26,701 nt of DNA, from the IMG/VR virus record IMGVR_UViG_3300032897_000025, positions 1 through 26,701 of that record. One strand, 5' to 3'. This document shows, in pieces, positions 26,101-26,701 of this stretch (the first letter of the stretch is position 1; each line of letters starts with the position of its first letter). This stretch comes from a virus. Lineage: Duplodnaviria; Caudoviricetes. The notes beneath the pieces are model-generated. The model saw nothing but the letters and a program-made list of their open reading frames with translations, was not told the origin of the DNA and made no database searches. The position numbers were made by a program, and so were the translations under genes.

Positions 26101-26657
26101 GCCCCGCGAGTGTCCCGGATGTGGGTCTCGAGCTGGATGTCACCGGCCAGGTGAGCGTGCACTTCAGCTTGCGCCATGTGAGCGGTGGCGTTGCCGACGT
26201 CACCGCGAGCGAGAGCCTTCTTCGCGTCCGCGAGCTCATTCTTGGCGCCGTTATTCTGAGCGTGCTCATGAAGTGTGCTGACGTTGTGGTAAAGTGCGAC
26301 CGACTTGGCGGCTTCGCCTCGCGTCGCGTACGCGGCGTCCAGCTTCGTCTTCGTGATCTTGCCGTCGGCGCCGGGAGCCGTCCAGTGTGTCATCGAGTAG
26401 GTGCCGTCGTCGTTTTTCCGCATCCGGCCGATGCGAGTGTCACCGTGGTCGACGACACCGAGCCGGACGCTGAACTTGGCTTCCCGGTATGCTGGGCCAC
26501 AAGGAGGCCGGACGCAGATGTAACCGTGGATGTAGCCTTCAGGACCGACTTTGACGAGGTCGGCGAGCCGGAGCTTGATCTTGCCGCTGGCGGTCTTCTC
26601 AGCGAACGAGACCGGTTCCCAGTCACCTGGATCACCGTCATCAAAGTGGAGAGGCAC
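23100..26657 (-). CDS. Large helical-repeat protein with N-terminal GYIHGY motif and C-terminal PI3/4K/HipA-like kinase
   Basis: WVHK, NEELAS, FLDHLIKNNDRHAGNYM, AIDHGLAW; repeated ..RL..AA.....GA..AY..LR.AHD.IA..LG units. Confidence 0.85.
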   Translation of the reverse strand: MPLHFDDGDPGDWEPVSFAEKTASGKIKLRLADLVKVGPEGYIHGYICVRPPCGPAYREAKFSVRLGVVDHGDTRIGRMRKNDDGTYSMTHWTAPGADGKITKTKLDAAYATRGEAAKSVALYHNVSTLHEHAQNNGAKNELADAKKALARGDVGNATAHMAQAEVHAHLAGDIQLETHIRDTRGAVLNAPKAVNAPGSPQPAALADIMPKVPEPAPAAPVNARLSPAAEDEADRQIRAVLTDREAPRAAKDAVSSARLAMQVGDYPSALKHLKNAAGVYNANGRRVPLTVRLAHDIIATHAGAAKLPVAVDELNRPEMPAPLAPEPVQAAEAAAAEPAIRPMNAAAKRFAVDAIDRALEDSKLSAQGQLYLKSAKRRIERDAVEQAFDRLKEAADVARKDGADSAYRRLRVAHDAVARHLGKEMLPRLADVKPEEAPKPLPAASGKPKLSDYKDAVQEIKDGVPPLENFEAHRQLDLAISRLSDPDPQAYANNKAWAIGRLKSAEIALRANGETKAADRVNQLRTALKAGEPVPALAASLAPKPLPGRVEGRAEKAAIAIALADHRLKTADRLTLENAARAINSGDFEAAHRRLKRAAASAKESGADAAYQHIRIAHDLIAQRLGRSNLPKTEIPQPEPAVPAAVPEPAAPKPARARNLPKAKAEAVTAHIDAAMPAIAGWHAGHLAAAAKAAVAAKDHESAARHLEGAHAAVEVLRPGNQETRQARDRLAMAHEIIAEHQGHEPLQARSITHADEHAAAIGNAARNIAEHIRLRERHEYLKDDEAVAGKLRAGHAADVIRDIRSLDDRARQQQGWAWGDQKTLISAARKLLNQKNRDLEKLNEKDLAGLPLTDRADSLNAAIAHADAFSRVSRKVSDAAAALKEGRFSDAADSLQQAERHADSEGLMKPFKKDISSLYKAVDNERMARAIAGFNAGEPEAVPGSALGEGMLGDLQRKRAEIRNQLAAGIKSGVKAKKSPNVRGIMGETNLITFNDGSRWVHKKPVSGNEGESDNEELASLVAHALGARAPVVVRDPLDKKSVYMTFVNGKTASELHENAKRIMSRDGGGSAEAADAMRRIGFLDHLIKNNDRHAGNYMIDQDGIPNAIDHGLAWPGWYSDGYVAKLVRKKDFTPEYYAQVRKNLEALKPEFVKITGNTRKYDDMMKQLAKWENWDDNGINRPK

Positions 26658-26673
26658 CTCGTCTACTGCTTTC

Positions 26674-26682
26674 AGTATATCA
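26674..26682 (-). promoter_or_regulatory. Possible extended -10 upstream of the kinase gene
   Basis: TGATATACT on the minus strand in an AT-rich patch. Confidence 0.45.
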
Positions 26683-26701
26683 TTTTTCGCAGTGAGCTGT
26701 C

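Overview
High-GC tailed-phage (probably actinobacterial) head-and-tail morphogenesis region, read on the minus strand. From right to left it contains: a 1185-aa helical-repeat protein with a C-terminal PI3/4K/HipA-like kinase domain; two small genes; a 1078-aa prohead protease/scaffold polyprotein; the major capsid protein (MCP); a VIP2-like ADP-ribosyltransferase (ART); three paralogous beta-rich decoration-like genes; Zn-finger proteins; a DUF1003-like membrane protein; a head-tail connector; a tail terminator; an SGNH esterase; the tail tube; a tail assembly chaperone with a -1 frameshift; and an HK97 gp10-like protein. Three things stand out. (1) The MCP gene is split by three group I introns. 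One carries a Vsr/DUF559-like homing endonuclease and one exon is only 27 nt. Manual splicing restores a 609-aa ORF. (2) The kinase, the ART and an internal module of the protease polyprotein share a GYIHG[WY] peptide just after a candidate protease cleavage Lys, which suggests a tagged, virion-packaged effector system. (3) The late region is repeatedly interrupted by plus-strand mini-cassettes, most starting with a conserved TGTGGTATRAT promoter plus a CAGGAACCAGGAATGGAGAG-like leader and ending in a hairpin. All calls come from reading the sequence by eye; no searches were run.
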